This document shows, in pieces, positions 23,062 through 35,884 of a DNA stretch of 64,000 nt (its first letter is position 1; each line of letters opens with the position of its first letter). A program made the position numbers and the translations under genes. The notes under the pieces were generated by a model. The model was not told the origin of the DNA. It saw only the letters and a program-made list of their open reading frames with translations, and searched no databases. This DNA is from Tubulanus polymorphus (lineage: Eukaryota; Animalia; Nemertea). The stretch lies in contig NC_134026.1 of assembly GCF_964204645.1 (NCBI RefSeq), positions 7,463,950 to 7,527,949 on the forward strand. The letters run 5' to 3'.

Positions 23062-24015
23062 TTATTTGTCTGAATTGCTACAGCGGATTTTCATACAGAA
23101 ATATTCACGAATTTCTCGTCCCAATAAAATATATATGTAGAAATTTACCACGTAGTTACAAACATGGAATTGTGTGAATATATTGTATAGAAAATTTCTC
23201 CGTTCCAATGGGATTGGTACCAATGCAGTAATAGTGACTGGAAATGTGAATATTGCAAATGCTAGTGAAACTGTTACAAGCATTATTGTTGTACGTTTTG
23301 ATTTTGAAGAATTCCGATCAGACGAAACCATTTTTGACCCTCTGAATAACTGAACTATTATAACAGAATTTGATAGAATGATTATTATAAACGGTAAAAG
23401 ATAGATATGGGTGATACCTACGATACGATAGGTTATTTGGTGAAGCGATTGAAAGTAACACCCAAAAAAAGACTGTTCAGTAAAATGTATCGAAAAAGTA
23501 GGTAGAAGATTTATAACAAGTACATTCACTCCAGTCATTATCAATATAACAAATCTAGCGAATCTCGGGGTACATATCAAACGAGATTTGAACGGGAAGA
23601 GCACAACTGCTGCACGTTCTAGAGATATTGCTACTATAGACCACGAACTATTGAAGACTGCAAGGTACATTATAAATTCATAGGTTTGGCAACTGATCAG
23701 TGAATTCATCATGAATATAGGACCATTTTCAGCGTGGAAGAGAACAAACTGCAAAACAGGCATCAGTGTAAAACTGGTGCAGAACGTGAAATCACAGAGA
23801 GACAAAATGATAAGATAGTTAGCGTAAGATAAACTGCGGAATCTGCGACTTATCATTATCAGGAAAGTAGCTGAATTTCCAAACGCTCCAAACATGAACA
23901 CGACAGGCAGAATGACCAGTGACAAAGTGCGGTAGATTCCAGACTTGTTCACTACAGACATTAGAACGATGTTACTGTTATAAGTTCGATCTATTTGAAT
24001 CTGAGTTGAATTCAT
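23062..24015 (-). CDS. Intronless class A GPCR, subfamily D
   Basis: 317-aa intact 7TM ORF. Confidence 0.93.
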   Translation of the reverse strand: MNSTQIQIDRTYNSNIVLMSVVNKSGIYRTLSLVILPVVFMFGAFGNSATFLIMISRRFRSLSYANYLIILSLCDFTFCTSFTLMPVLQFVLFHAENGPIFMMNSLISCQTYEFIMYLAVFNSSWSIVAISLERAAVVLFPFKSRLICTPRFARFVILIMTGVNVLVINLLPTFSIHFTEQSFFGCYFQSLHQITYRIVGITHIYLLPFIIIILSNSVIIVQLFRGSKMVSSDRNSSKSKRTTIMLVTVSLAFAIFTFPVTITALVPIPLERRNFLYNIFTQFHVCNYVVNFYIYILLGREIREYFCMKIRCSNSDK

Positions 24016-25636
24016 GATTCATGCATATCAAATAAGAATGTACTGACAGTTTAAGAATACACTGAGAGTGTATAAGACTGTCTGAGCGCGTACTGGCTGT
24101 CTGAGAGAGCACTGAGAGTAGTGACTGACTGAGAATTTATCGGAAAATTAATTTGACTTCAATATTAAGATATCATAAGTCCTAAATTTATTGTTGACAG
24201 CTAATGAAAAAATCTATTCTCAGAAATCTAACAGAATTTGTGAAAGTTTATTATTGTGTAAAATATATACGTAACTGAATTAAAGGTCATTGGCGCATTA
24301 AAAAGATTTATTTCAGAATTCAAGAATTACACTCTTAATAGATAGATTGAAGTGAATGAAATGCTTGAGTACTGCTTTGATATATCATAATAAAAGAAGG
24401 CATGACGGTTTGCGATCAGTATATATATATTCAACTGTAAGCAACAATCATTTCTATATACTGTATAAAGTGAGTAAAAATCATTGACAAAACTCCCAAT
24501 GTAGCTTACAGCTAGCTAGCATTCTAGCTAGCTAACCGTTTCGGAATGTTTTTTCTTTTAAATCTGAGCGTTGGATTTTTTTTTGTATGACCTGCAAGCA
24601 ATCGAGAATAAGAGCTTCACATGCTCACGATTCAACGAGACTGTAACTGAATTTCTCAATTAAAAGGTTAATTTTTTTCCTCTCCAAACCCTTTGTGACT
24701 ATAGAATTTGAACAGTGTAGGTAATATAATATCTCCTTGTTTGTCTCCGTGGGTTGTGACAAATCCATTGATATAGCGACCATTTATTCGAATACCTGTA
24801 ACATAGCGTCTGCGTACGTTGAAGAAATACTTCTAATTCCCTGATGGCAAAGCCTAACCTTATTGATGTTTACCTAGTTGAAAGCCTTTGTTAAATCATC
24901 CAAAGTATATTCTTTGAAATTTAGGATTTCTATGATACAAGTGATAGAAATAGGTATTCAAGGCGAAAAATCATTTTTTAGATTTCATTTCACAAACTGC
25001 AAATAACCCTCTTTAACCTCTGTGAATAAAGGAAATATAGCTTCAAGAGATACTTAGATATTTCAAAATTCATAAATATTGCAATTTCACATTTTTTGGT
25101 TTCACATCGTCACTGTTCTCAATTATTGCGTTCAAAGATTCCAAGAATCGCCAGCAAATATCTGCATTTCATTTCCTTTAAAAGGGTGTATGAATTATAT
25201 TCGTAGAGCAAGAGGCTTCAGAACTATATGATATTCAATCTAAACTTATGTTTTAAAAATGAGCGCAAATCATCGCAACAATAGGGACCTCGAGGGACCG
25301 CCACAAAATGGCGCCTAGAAACTGGAAACTTCTTTTATTGAATACCGTATACCGAAATTAAGTACGTTTCCATAACATCACTGCAGCAATTCACGTCGTG
25401 ATTCACAATCTATGGCTTCAAGACGTTTTTGAAGCACGATTCTAAAGATCGATGCAGTTCGAGATCGAAAACAGTCGCCGAGGATTTCATTGGTTTCGCC
25501 TGTGAAGGAATCATTCTATTATGCATTAGTAGCGAAAGCTCGTATACAAATAAGACTAGTTAATTTTTACAGAACTATCTTTCTTTCCTTTTTTACTTAT
25601 TAATGAGTGTTGTGTCAACTTCAATCATTAGACAAG

Positions 25637-26581
25637 TTATTTGACTGGAATTCTACAGTGAATGTTCATGCAAAAATATTCACGAATTTCTCGTCCCAGT
25701 AAAAGATATATGTAAAAATTTACCACATAGTTACACATTTCAAACTGTCCAAATATGTCACAGAGAAAATCTTTCTGTTCCTGTGAGTTTGGTAAAAATA
25801 CAGTAATAGTAGTTGGAAGTGTGAATATTGCAAATGCGAGTGAAACTGTTACAAGCAATATTGTTGTACGTTTTGATTTTGTAGTTTTCTGATCAGACGA
25901 AACCATTTTTGAACCCCTGAATAACTGAACCATTATGACAGAATTTGATATTAGAATCAAAAATAAAGGCAGTACATAATTCTGGAAGACAAATATCGTA
26001 AAATATGTTATTTGGTCAGACAATTCGTAGTAACATCCAAAAGACTGGTCGGAAAAATGTATCGAAAAAGTAGGAAGGAAATTAATAACCAGGACATTGA
26101 CCGCAGTTAATGTAAATATAACACATCTAGCGAATCTTGGTGTACATATCAAACGAGATTTGAACGGGAAGAGCACAACTGCTGCACGTTCTAGAGATAT
26201 TGCTACTATCAGCCATGAACTATTGCAATGAAAAAGCACCATTACAAATTCATATGTTTGACAACTGATCACCGAATTCATGATGAATATAGGACCATCT
26301 TCAACGTGGAAGAGAACAAACTGTAAAACAGGCATCAGTGTGAAATTGATGCAGAATGTGAAATCACAGACTGACAAGATGATAAGATAGTTAGCGTAAG
26401 ATAAACTGCGGAATCTGCGACTTATCATTATCAGGAAAGTAGCTGAATTCCCAAACGCCCCAAACAAGAATACGACTGGCAGAATGACAAGTGACGCAGT
26501 ACGATATATTCCAGATCTCTTCACAACAGACACGAGAACGGTATTACTAAGATAAGCAAGACCAATCTGAGTTGAATTCAT
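25637..26581 (-). CDS. Intronless class A GPCR, subfamily B
   Basis: 314-aa intact 7TM ORF. Confidence 0.93.
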   Translation of the reverse strand: MNSTQIGLAYLSNTVLVSVVKRSGIYRTASLVILPVVFLFGAFGNSATFLIMISRRFRSLSYANYLIILSVCDFTFCINFTLMPVLQFVLFHVEDGPIFIMNSVISCQTYEFVMVLFHCNSSWLIVAISLERAAVVLFPFKSRLICTPRFARCVIFTLTAVNVLVINFLPTFSIHFSDQSFGCYYELSDQITYFTIFVFQNYVLPLFLILISNSVIMVQLFRGSKMVSSDQKTTKSKRTTILLVTVSLAFAIFTLPTTITVFLPNSQEQKDFLCDIFGQFEMCNYVVNFYIYLLLGREIREYFCMNIHCRIPVK

Positions 26582-27605
26582 GATTCTTGAGGATCAAATG
26601 AGAACTGATTGTCCGAGAGTATACTTACTGTCTTAGAGTGTAATGACTGTCTGAAAGTGTTCTGACTGTCTAAGAGTGTACTGACCGTCTGAGAGTGTAA
26701 CGGTCTGAGAGTGTAACGGTCTGAGAGTGTAACGGTCTGAGAATGTTCTGGAACTGACCGTGTCTTCTCGCCTATCGGAAAACTAATTTAACTTTGACAT
26801 AAAAAAATCATTAAGTCTTTATTCCAGCTATAATTCATTTGTGAAATTTATTGTTAACAGCGAATAGAAAAAATCAATTTTCAGAAATCTAACACAATGC
26901 ACTCAGATTTTGTGAAAGTTTACATCGTGTAAAATATGATATGTATAAAATATTTAATATCAATTTTCATTGTACAAGAATGTATTAAAATGGTGAAATA
27001 TTTAATATCAAAAATTCTGAAAATTTTGGAAAATATTTATCAGGACGGGACAGTAGCCAGGAGTTGTTTAGGGCTCAAGTTCTCAAGTTCTTATTTCCTT
27101 ATGGGTAATTTTTTCCATTTTCTTCAAAAAGACAAAACGTGGAATGATAACCTGGGATGTGAATGTGGGTCCCTCGTCCTCCGGCCCTATATCTAACAAC
27201 CAGACCGCCAGATTATGGCTGTGAGTCTGCTCAGTGTGGTGATCCAGTTAGCTCTGGTGAAAGGACTGACGGCCAGTCAGGTGTAGTGACTCGATTCATT
27301 TACATTAACTGCTATATAATTCTTTGATTTTTTTTTTGTGAAAATGTGGTTACATTGCATTCACTTAATCAATTAGATCCGTTGACTCAATCCGTTCACT
27401 TTATCAATTAGATCCGTTGTACTGACCGTCAGAGAGTGTTCTGACTGTCTGAGAGTGTACTGACTGTCTGAGAGTGTTCTGACTGTCTGAGAGTGTACTG
27501 TCTGATCTGACAGTGTACTGACCGTTGGAGGTACCGTACATTACTGAATGTCGCTGTCCAGTCGGGTTCAAGTTGAATGAAGTGAACCAAACTTGAGATC
27601 AATAG

Positions 27606-28551
27606 TTATTTGTCTGAATTTCTACAGCGGATTTTCATACAGAAATATTCACGAATTTCTCGCCCCAGTAAAAGATATGTGTAGAAATTAACCACAAAGT
27701 TGCACACATGGAATTGTGCGAAAATATCGTATAGAAACTCTGTCTGTTGCGGTGACATTGGTAAAAATACTGTGATAGTGGATGGAAGTGTGAACATTGC
27801 AAATGCGAGTGAAACAGTTACAAGCATTATTGTTGTACGTTTGGATTTTGTAGTTTTCTGATCAGATGAAACCATTTTTGACCCTCTGAACAACTGAATT
27901 GTTATAACAGAATTTGATGTAATGATCAAAGTAAAAGGTAGAATATTAACGTGGATAACAAATATGGAGAACACTTTTATTTGATCAATCAACAGATAAA
28001 AACATCCATAAAACTGGTCAGCAAAATGTACCGACAAGTGTGAGATAGAGAACCAGTACATTTACTGCAGTAATTATCAAAATAGTAACTCTAGCGAATC
28101 TCGGTGTACATATCAAACGAGATTTGAACGGGAAAAGCACAACTGCCGCACGTTCTAGAGATACTGCTACTATTAGCCACGAACTGTTGCAGACTGCAAC
28201 CGCAAATACAAATTCATAGATTTGACAACTGATCAATGAATTCATGATGAAGATAGGACCACCTTTAACGTTGAAGAGAATAAACTGTATAAGAGGATTC
28301 AGTGTAAAACTGATGCAGTACACAAAGTCACTGATAGACAAAACGATCAGATAGTTAGCATAAGATAAACTGCGGAATATATGACTTATCATTATCAGGA
28401 AAGTGGCTGAATTTCCTAAGGCTCCGAACAGGAACAAGACAGGCAGAATGCCCAGTGACACAGTGCGGTAGATTCTGGACTTGCTCACCACAGACATCAG
28501 AACAATGTAACTGTTGTATGTTCGACCAAACTGCATCTGAGTAGAATTCAT
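27606..28551 (-). pseudogene. GPCR subfamily A, 5-bp deletion after TM4
   Basis: gacaagtgtgag versus gacaaagtaggtgtgag in other A copies; split ORFs 28018-28551 and 27606-28061. Confidence 0.9.
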
Positions 28552-29841
28552 GATTCATGGAGATCAAATGAGAGTGAACGGACTGTCCGAGAGAGCACTG
28601 CCTGTTCTGTTCTGCAGCAGAATGTTCTAGATCTGACCGGTCTTCTCACGTATCGGATAATTAATTCAACCTACCATAAAGAAATTATTTAAGTCTTTAT
28701 ACTTCAGCTCCAATTCATTTGTCAGATGTATCAAATTCGTAAAATCTAACACAATTTACTCAGATTGAAACTTGATGTTTTATCATGTGAAACATGAATG
28801 TTACCAAGATATATATATAAACACTCATTGAACGAGAATTCATCGTAAATAATGAAATATATATATGTTACACTAAAACAGAACAGGCTGGAAAATATCT
28901 AACGGTTCTATAGAGAGAAAACACGGGTCAAAATAGCATCAGTTCATTATTCAACCACATGAATACACAGAACAGTACCCACAGGAGTTCACGGGGCTAA
29001 GTTCTTAATGGAATTATAACCTAGGATGGATTTGAACCCGGGCTTCTCGCCTGCCAGCCTTGTATCTTAACACTTGACAAACAAGTTCAGGCCATTGTTG
29101 ATGACTTATCTAAATGACGGCATACACTTAGTCACAAAATCACAGACGATTTCGGCCGTAATGTGACGACTTATTATCTGATGGAGACTTACGTACACCT
29201 AGAAAATTGAGTTGGATATACAAATTGAGACTATGGGATAGAGATGACTTCAGTAATGAGACAACTTATGCAAATGACGAGTTATATTTTGAAAACTGAA
29301 TTTGAACCGTCGTTTTACTCTGGTTGTTATGGTGGCTGATTCGGGCCATGCTAGAAAGTTTTTCTGTACGGCTAGAGCAACGATAAAAAAAATCACATTG
29401 GCCCGTTTTTTGGTTTTTCTCGTGCGATGACTCAAAATACGTTTTGTTTTCTCGGGCGATAATTCAAAAATCGCGCGAGAAAACCAAAAGTTTTGAATTC
29501 TCGCCCGAGGAAATCAATCTTTTTCTACTGACTGTCTGAGAATGTTCTGGAACTGACCGTGTCTTCTTGACTATTGGAAAATTCATTCAACTTTAATATA
29601 AAGATATCATTAAAGCCTTTATTGCAGCTACAATTCGTTTGTAAAATGTCTATAGTTAGTAGCGAATAGAAAATAGATTCTCTGAAATCTAACACAATAA
29701 TATTCAGATTTGTGAAAGTTTATTAGTGTGTACGTAAAATGTTACTGCAAATTGAATATGAAATATTCGTCGTACAATAATTTATTGTAAATGGTGAAAT
29801 ACCGTATACGTAGTACAACATCTGAACAGGTTGAAAAATAT

Positions 29842-30239
29842 TGTTAGAGGTACGAATAGCTCATAGTGAGCCTCATCACGAGTTACGTGTAACAACGAAA
29901 TCTAGGATGAGAACTTAAGTAGATACAACGAGCGACACGTCGATTCTTTTTTAGAGATTAGATTTCATGCAATCAAATGAGTATTTAGGAGAATATATTG
30001 GTCAAAAACATGTAAGTTTAACCAGTTGATTTGTATTCTATCATATTTGATAATGAATGTTTTAAATAGGAAATTAATCACAGATCAGTGTTCAAATTTA
30101 TTTAAGATCAGAGTTTAAATTCTATATGTTATTAATTTCAGATCAGCATTTCATCATATCATGTTCGTTATGTCTCGATATTAAAATCCAATATAAATCC
30201 TAAAGAAAGGTCTTCTTCATATTAATGGAGCCAACTACA
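29842..30239. mobile_element. Solo LTR (398 bp)
   Basis: TGT...ACA termini, AATAT TSD on both sides; empty site gaaaaatatgtatc in paralogous regions (~12707, ~45641). Confidence 0.8.
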
Positions 30240-31446
30240 AATATGTATCAGTTCTATACAGGGAAAACACAAAATAGCACTTCATTATTCAACCACGAAC
30301 AGGATAGTAGGCGGGACCCAGTTCCACAGTTGTGAGTTAGAGTTAACTCTGCGTTAAATTAGTTAGTTCATTTTCAGTGATTTAACTGGATGGAACTGTG
30401 GAACTGGACCCAGGAGTCCTCATGGGCTCAAATTCTCAAGTTCTATTTCCTGAAATGACATTTTTCCATTTTGTATTTGAACCTGGGCCTCTCGCAAGCC
30501 AGCCTTGTATCTCACCAATAGTTCTGGCGACTGAAAGAGTTTGAAAGTTTTTCCGATCAGTGTGACCACCCAGTTAGCTGTGGTTGCCAGTTAAGTGCGG
30601 TAAGTGGTCACCAGTTAGATCGGTTTACGCAAAAACTGTCTGTATGTTTAAAAGTCAAAGTCAATTTGACATGCAAGCTATGTAGATACTAGAGGCCTAC
30701 GAATTACCAGTTCTAGAATGACCAGTTTTAAACAAAGTGATAAATGTATTGCAAATTTTACTTCGATGGGTACCGGCACCGATGTGGCAATCGCGGATTC
30801 CACGTATGGCATGCGAAGATCAGGCTTACCGGTTTACCGCGCTTCAATCTTATTCTACATTTCAATTAAATTCGAATAACCTTTTCCAATTAGTAAATCT
30901 TTCTAAAACTATACATTTCACTAACCGGGAAACGTCAATCTTATATATATATTTGATAACTTGTTTGACACCATTTCCATTTGGGAGCCTTTTCAAAGTC
31001 CAGTTCGAAGTTCATTGAAAATGAACTAATTTTCAGGTGTTACGCCCATCTGTCGTGAGCCGGTACCCCATTCGTCGTGATATTGATCCATCCTTGCCGC
31101 GGACTCTCCTGGAATGAATGTAACTCAGAAAGAATCCACTTTCATTGGTTTCGCTAGCTAGATCCAGAACTAGATACGCGGAAGTAAACAACTTGAATCG
31201 CAATAGTTTCAGATTTATTTGATATGCAGCCCCCACATACATCAATATGGTTGATCGATTGACTCTACACCTATGTTAATGTTGCCGATCTGCAAACAAC
31301 TGAAATTGTTTGAAATGCATACAAATGCCGATAAATCTTGCGGTTTTGCGTGGATGCGTTAAGTTAAAATGACGTATCCGTACAGGCGTTCCGGATTTGA
31401 GTCCGAATACGTTCTTCGATGTCGGGTAAGGTATGTTGCGAATGGA

Positions 31447-31553
31447 CATCTCCCCCGGCAGGGATTCGAACCTGATGGCATCACGAGATTGTCATCGCGC
31501 CATGACTGAGTGTAGCGATGCCATCGGGTTCGAATCCCTGCCGAGGGAGGATG
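31447..31553. mobile_element. Foldback element with ~36-bp arms containing a tRNA B-box (copy 46950-47057; partial 13073-13158)
   Basis: cggcagggattcgaacctgatggcatc ... gatgccatcgggttcgaatccctgccg. Confidence 0.65.
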
Positions 31554-31818
31554 CTAATTCCTCTATTCTAGTCAGCGCTATCGGTTTTTGTGGCATGATT
31601 GATTCGAAGTTTTATACATTTCGAAGAGTTCTAACCTACGTATGCTTTCAGACCGTCATAATTCTCACCACATTGATTAGAGCGTTTATTACCGATTGGT
31701 CGTCGAATCCGAGAGAGGATGACTTTTTTGTTCGAAAGTGGATGAATAACAATATCATGAGGAATACAGACTACAATAGGGTGTCTGACCGGAATCAGAA
31801 AACCCTAATAATAACCAG

Positions 31819-31953
31819 GGGCCAGTTGCACAGTCGTGACTTAAGTCAAAAAGTGGTCTTAAATCTTAAGACTGGTAAGTTGTTAGATTGGCTATAGAAC
31901 TAAGTTGGTCTTAGACTGGTCTTAAGTCGAAGCCATGACTACGCAACCGGCCC
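31819..31953. mobile_element. 135-bp GGGCC-TIR MITE, CAG TSD
   Basis: CAG|gggccagttgc ... gcaaccggccc|CAG. Confidence 0.8.
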
Positions 31954-32040
31954 CAGGAGATAATCAATAGGGTTTTCCGTGAAGTAACAGAAAACCCTAA
32001 TTAGTATAGTTACTTTATACGTACAACTGTAAATCGATGG

Positions 32041-32991
32041 TTATTTGTCTGGATTTCTACAGTGGATTTTCATACAGAAATACTCACGAATTTCTCGTCC
32101 CAGTAAAAGATATATGTAGAAATTAACCATATAGTTACACATTTGAAACTGTGTGAAAATATCATATAAAAAATCTCTCCGTTGCGGTGAGATTGGCAAA
32201 AACGTAGTAATAGTGGATGGAAGTATAAATATTGCAAATGCGAATGAAACTGTTACAAGCATTATTGTTGTACGTTTTGATTTTGTAGTTTTCTGATCAG
32301 ACGAAACCATTTTTGAACCTCTGAATAACTGAACTATTATAACAGTATTTGATGTAATAATCAAAGACAACGGAAGTATATAAACGTGGGTGACGAATAT
32401 GGTAAAGACTATTATTTGGTCAAACAATTTAAAGTAGCATCCGAAAAACTGGTCAGTAAAATGTATCGACAAAGTTTGTAGAAGATTTATAACCAGGACA
32501 TTTACTGTAGTGATTGTCATTATAGCAAATCTAGCGAATTTCGGTGTACATATCAAACGAGATGCGAACGGGAAGCGCACAACTGCCGCACGTTCTAGAG
32601 ATATGGCTACTATTAACCAAGAACTATTGCTGCTTGCAAGTAGCATTACAAATTCATAGATTTGACAACTCAGCAGAGAATTCATCATGAATATAGGACG
32701 ATCTAGAACGTGAAGGAGAACAAACTGTAAGACAGGCATCAGTGTTAAACTAATGCAGTACATAGAATCACTGAGAGACAAAACGATAAGATAGTTAGCG
32801 TAAGATAGACTGCGGAATCTGCGACTAATCATAATCAGAAAAGTAGCTGAATTTCCGAAGGCTCCTAAGAAGAACAAAGTCGGCAGAATGACCAGTGACA
32901 CAGTATAGTAGATTCCAGACCTATTCACCACAGACATGAGAACGATGTAACTGCTGTAAGTTCGACCAATCGCAATCTGAGTAGAATTCAT
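32041..32991 (-). CDS. Intronless class A GPCR, subfamily E
   Basis: 316 aa from the family-conserved MNSTQ start; intact 7TM. Confidence 0.93.
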   Translation of the reverse strand: MNSTQIAIGRTYSSYIVLMSVVNRSGIYYTVSLVILPTLFFLGAFGNSATFLIMISRRFRSLSYANYLIVLSLSDSMYCISLTLMPVLQFVLLHVLDRPIFMMNSLLSCQIYEFVMLLASSNSSWLIVAISLERAAVVRFPFASRLICTPKFARFAIMTITTVNVLVINLLQTLSIHFTDQFFGCYFKLFDQIIVFTIFVTHVYILPLSLIITSNTVIIVQLFRGSKMVSSDQKTTKSKRTTIMLVTVSFAFAIFILPSTITTFLPISPQRRDFLYDIFTQFQMCNYMVNFYIYLLLGREIREYFCMKIHCRNPDK

Positions 32992-33528
32992 GAGGCTCAA
33001 ATGAGAGGTTACTGACTGAGTGACAGCGTACTCACTGCGTGAGAGTGTGCGGACCGTGTGAGAGTGTGCGTACCGTGTGAGGGTGTACTGATTGTGTGAG
33101 AGTGTACTGATTGTGTGAAAGTGTACTGACTGTGTGAGAGTGTACTGACTGTCTGAGAATGTACCGACGACTGTCTGAGAGTGTGCTGACTGTCTGAGAA
33201 TGTTCTGGAACTGACCGTGTCTTCTGGCATATTGGAAAACAAATCTTGCGTTGTTATGAATACATTATCAACCTCTTTATTAAAGCTACAATTCATTTGT
33301 AAGATTTATTATTATCTGTAAATAGAAAATCAATTCTCAGAAATCTGACGCAATTTACTCAGATTTTGTGAAAGTTTATTATTGTGTAAGATATATATGT
33401 AACTGAATTAAATACTAATATTCGTCGTACAAGAATTCATTGTAAATGGTAATAAATGTTATAGTAAAACATCTGAACAGGTTGGAAAATATTTCATCTG
33501 TTCGTTGATCCTACGAGCAATTATCCAA

Positions 33529-33704
33529 CGGAAGTTACGGTAGATCGTCTGCTGCGTCTGTTTTGTTACGATCGTCTGTGGTTGGTCTAGAACTAGTTCC
33601 GGTTCCGTTGCGGGTAACGGGTACTCTCAATAGTTTCTATCGTTCCATCCTCACTATCCACAGTCGGTTCCTCATGGCAGTTAGTATTCACGTGATTTCA
33701 GCCC
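33529..33704 (-). pseudogene. 5' remnant of the MS4A-like gene
   Basis: Aligns with 58821-58994 (tacgatcgtctgt, gaactagttccggttccg, cagtcggttcctc, gtattcacgtga); ATG lost, indels present. Confidence 0.85.
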
Positions 33705-33879
33705 TTTTGATTCAGGAAAAAAGCAATTGAATTGATATCAATGACTGAGTGGCTGCTTTGCGGCCATCTTGTGAGGAGTTAAAAAACCAACTGCAATCGA
33801 TAACATAAAATTACGAAACGATGAATTACCAGATTTTTAGTTTTTGATCAGCACTTAACCCGAGAATAAAATATAATGC

Positions 33880-33951
33880 AGGTTCTACCGAGATTCGAAC
33901 TCGGGCTACTGGATTCAAAGTCCAATGTGCTAACCACTACACCATAGAACC
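33880..33951 (-). tRNA. tRNA-Gln (TTG)
   Basis: GGTTCTATGGTGTAGTGGTTAGCACATTGGACTTTGAATCCAGTAGCCCGAGTTCGAATCTCGGTAGAACCT, 72-nt cloverleaf. Confidence 0.95.
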
Positions 33952-34258
33952 ATATGTTATCAGACACAGTTCTGAGCCTAGTTTATCGCTTCTTTGAGCT
34001 GGTCAGCGTGGGAGTCAAGGTCCCTTTGAATAAACTTGTTTGGTAATATTTCGTATTGTATTTCTAGTTTTATGTCTAGGGGAGGAGGGGGCTGCTCTGG
34101 ATGACTATCGGGATAAAATCTTGAACGTCGAAACCTTGAATCGATAAATCATTAGCAAAGAAACTCCTCGTTTTATTAGTCTGGGATTCTCTATCGTTAC
34201 AACACGTTAAAGTGTTTCACCAATGGTTGTATGCAGTGAATCTAACATGAAACCAATG

Positions 34259-34356
34259 ATATTCACGAATTTCTCGTCCCAGTAAAAGATATAAGTAAAA
34301 ATTTACCACATAGTTACACACATTTGAAACTGTCCACAAATGCCGTAGGAAAAAAT
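34259..34356 (-). pseudogene. Degenerate GPCR TM7 fragment
   Basis: atattcacgaatttctcgtcccagtaaaagatat...catttgaaactgtcc with frameshift. Confidence 0.75.
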
Positions 34357-34933
34357 TTCAAAATTATTCATGGATGGAGAGCATTTCTTCGTAATAGATC
34401 CTTGACTCAAAAATATGATAATTCCTATGGTGTACGCATTTTTCATAGCTGTTTTATTTTTTTTAAATTTTTTTGTATGGCCAAAACACTCAATCACTTA
34501 ACGATCTCAAACTGAATGCCTATGAGATGTATGAATATAATAATTATGAATGTATCTATGCACGAGAATTGTTTTCGGATCTTAAAATGCGTTTATTTTT
34601 CTGAAATATTCTGAAATGTCTGCTAGTTCATATAAACTGTTTATTAACAGCTAGCAGACATTTCAGAATAATACTAGATCTTGGTTTTCAAATCAGGACG
34701 GTATGGAAAGTCAAAGTGAGGATCTAACTCTACTACGGTTTCATCAGTAGTTGGAGTTTTGTCGTCAACTTTACCGAGGACTTGAAACTGGAAGTCACAG
34801 ATCACCAACGGAATCTACGATACGTATTATTCACGCTGAAAATCGAGCTTTTTCCCAACTGACAAGCGGAAATTCTAAGTTACTTAGTTTTACTGAATGA
34901 ATTACAATATTGTATCAAACTTGAATACAATGG

Positions 34934-35884
34934 TTATTTGACTGAATTTCTACAGCGAATTTTCGTACAGAAATATTCACGAATTTCTCGTCCCAGTAGA
35001 AGATATATGTAAAAATTAACTACATAGTTAAACATAAAGAATTGTGTAAATATATCATAAAGAAAATCTCTCTGTTCCACTGAGATTGGTAAAAATGTAG
35101 CTATAGTGGATGGAAGTGTAAATATTGCAAATGCGAGTGAAACTGTTACAAGCATTATTGTTGTACGTTTTGCTTTTGTAGTTTTCTGATCAGACGAAAT
35201 CATTTTTGAACCTCTGAATAACTGAACTATTATAACAGAATTTGACGCTAGAATCAGAATTAACGGTAACAGGTAAATATAAATGACTATTATGACGAAA
35301 AATTTTATCTGGTCAAACAATTTGTAGTAACATCCAAAAAACCGGTCGGTAAAATGTATGGACAATGCCGGTGTAAGATTCATAACCAGTACATTCACTG
35401 CAGTAATTATCAACATAGTAAATCTAGCGAATCTCGGTGTACATATCAAACGAGATGTGAACGGGAAGAGCACAACTGCCGCACGTTCCATAGATATTGC
35501 TACTATTAACCACGAACTATTGCAGGCTGCAAGGTTCATTGTAAATTCATATGTTTGACAACTGATCAGTGAATTCATGATGAATATTGGACCATCTTTA
35601 ACGTGCAAGAGAACAAACTGTAAAACAGGCAACAGTGTATAATTGAAACAGTACGTGAAATCACAGAGAGACAAAACGATAAGATAGTTAGCGTAAGATA
35701 AACTGCGGAATCTGCGACTTATCATTATCAGGAAAGTAGCTGAATTTCCGAAGGCTCCTAACAGGAACACGATAGGCAGAATGACCAGTGGCACAGTGCG
35801 GTAGATTCCTGACCTGTTCACCACAGACATGATGACTATGTAACTGTTATAAGTTCGGCCGATTTGCATCTGAGTTGAATTCAT
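34934..35884 (-). CDS. Intronless class A GPCR, subfamily F
   Basis: 316-aa intact 7TM ORF. Confidence 0.93.
   Translation of the reverse strand: MNSTQMQIGRTYNSYIVIMSVVNRSGIYRTVPLVILPIVFLLGAFGNSATFLIMISRRFRSLSYANYLIVLSLCDFTYCFNYTLLPVLQFVLLHVKDGPIFIMNSLISCQTYEFTMNLAACNSSWLIVAISMERAAVVLFPFTSRLICTPRFARFTMLIITAVNVLVMNLTPALSIHFTDRFFGCYYKLFDQIKFFVIIVIYIYLLPLILILASNSVIIVQLFRGSKMISSDQKTTKAKRTTIMLVTVSLAFAIFTLPSTIATFLPISVEQRDFLYDIFTQFFMFNYVVNFYIYLLLGREIREYFCTKIRCRNSVK

Noticed and set aside
31433-31897. 154-aa ORF duplicated at 46936-47400
   Set aside because: Composed of a foldback element and a MITE; conservation is explained by the recent segmental duplication
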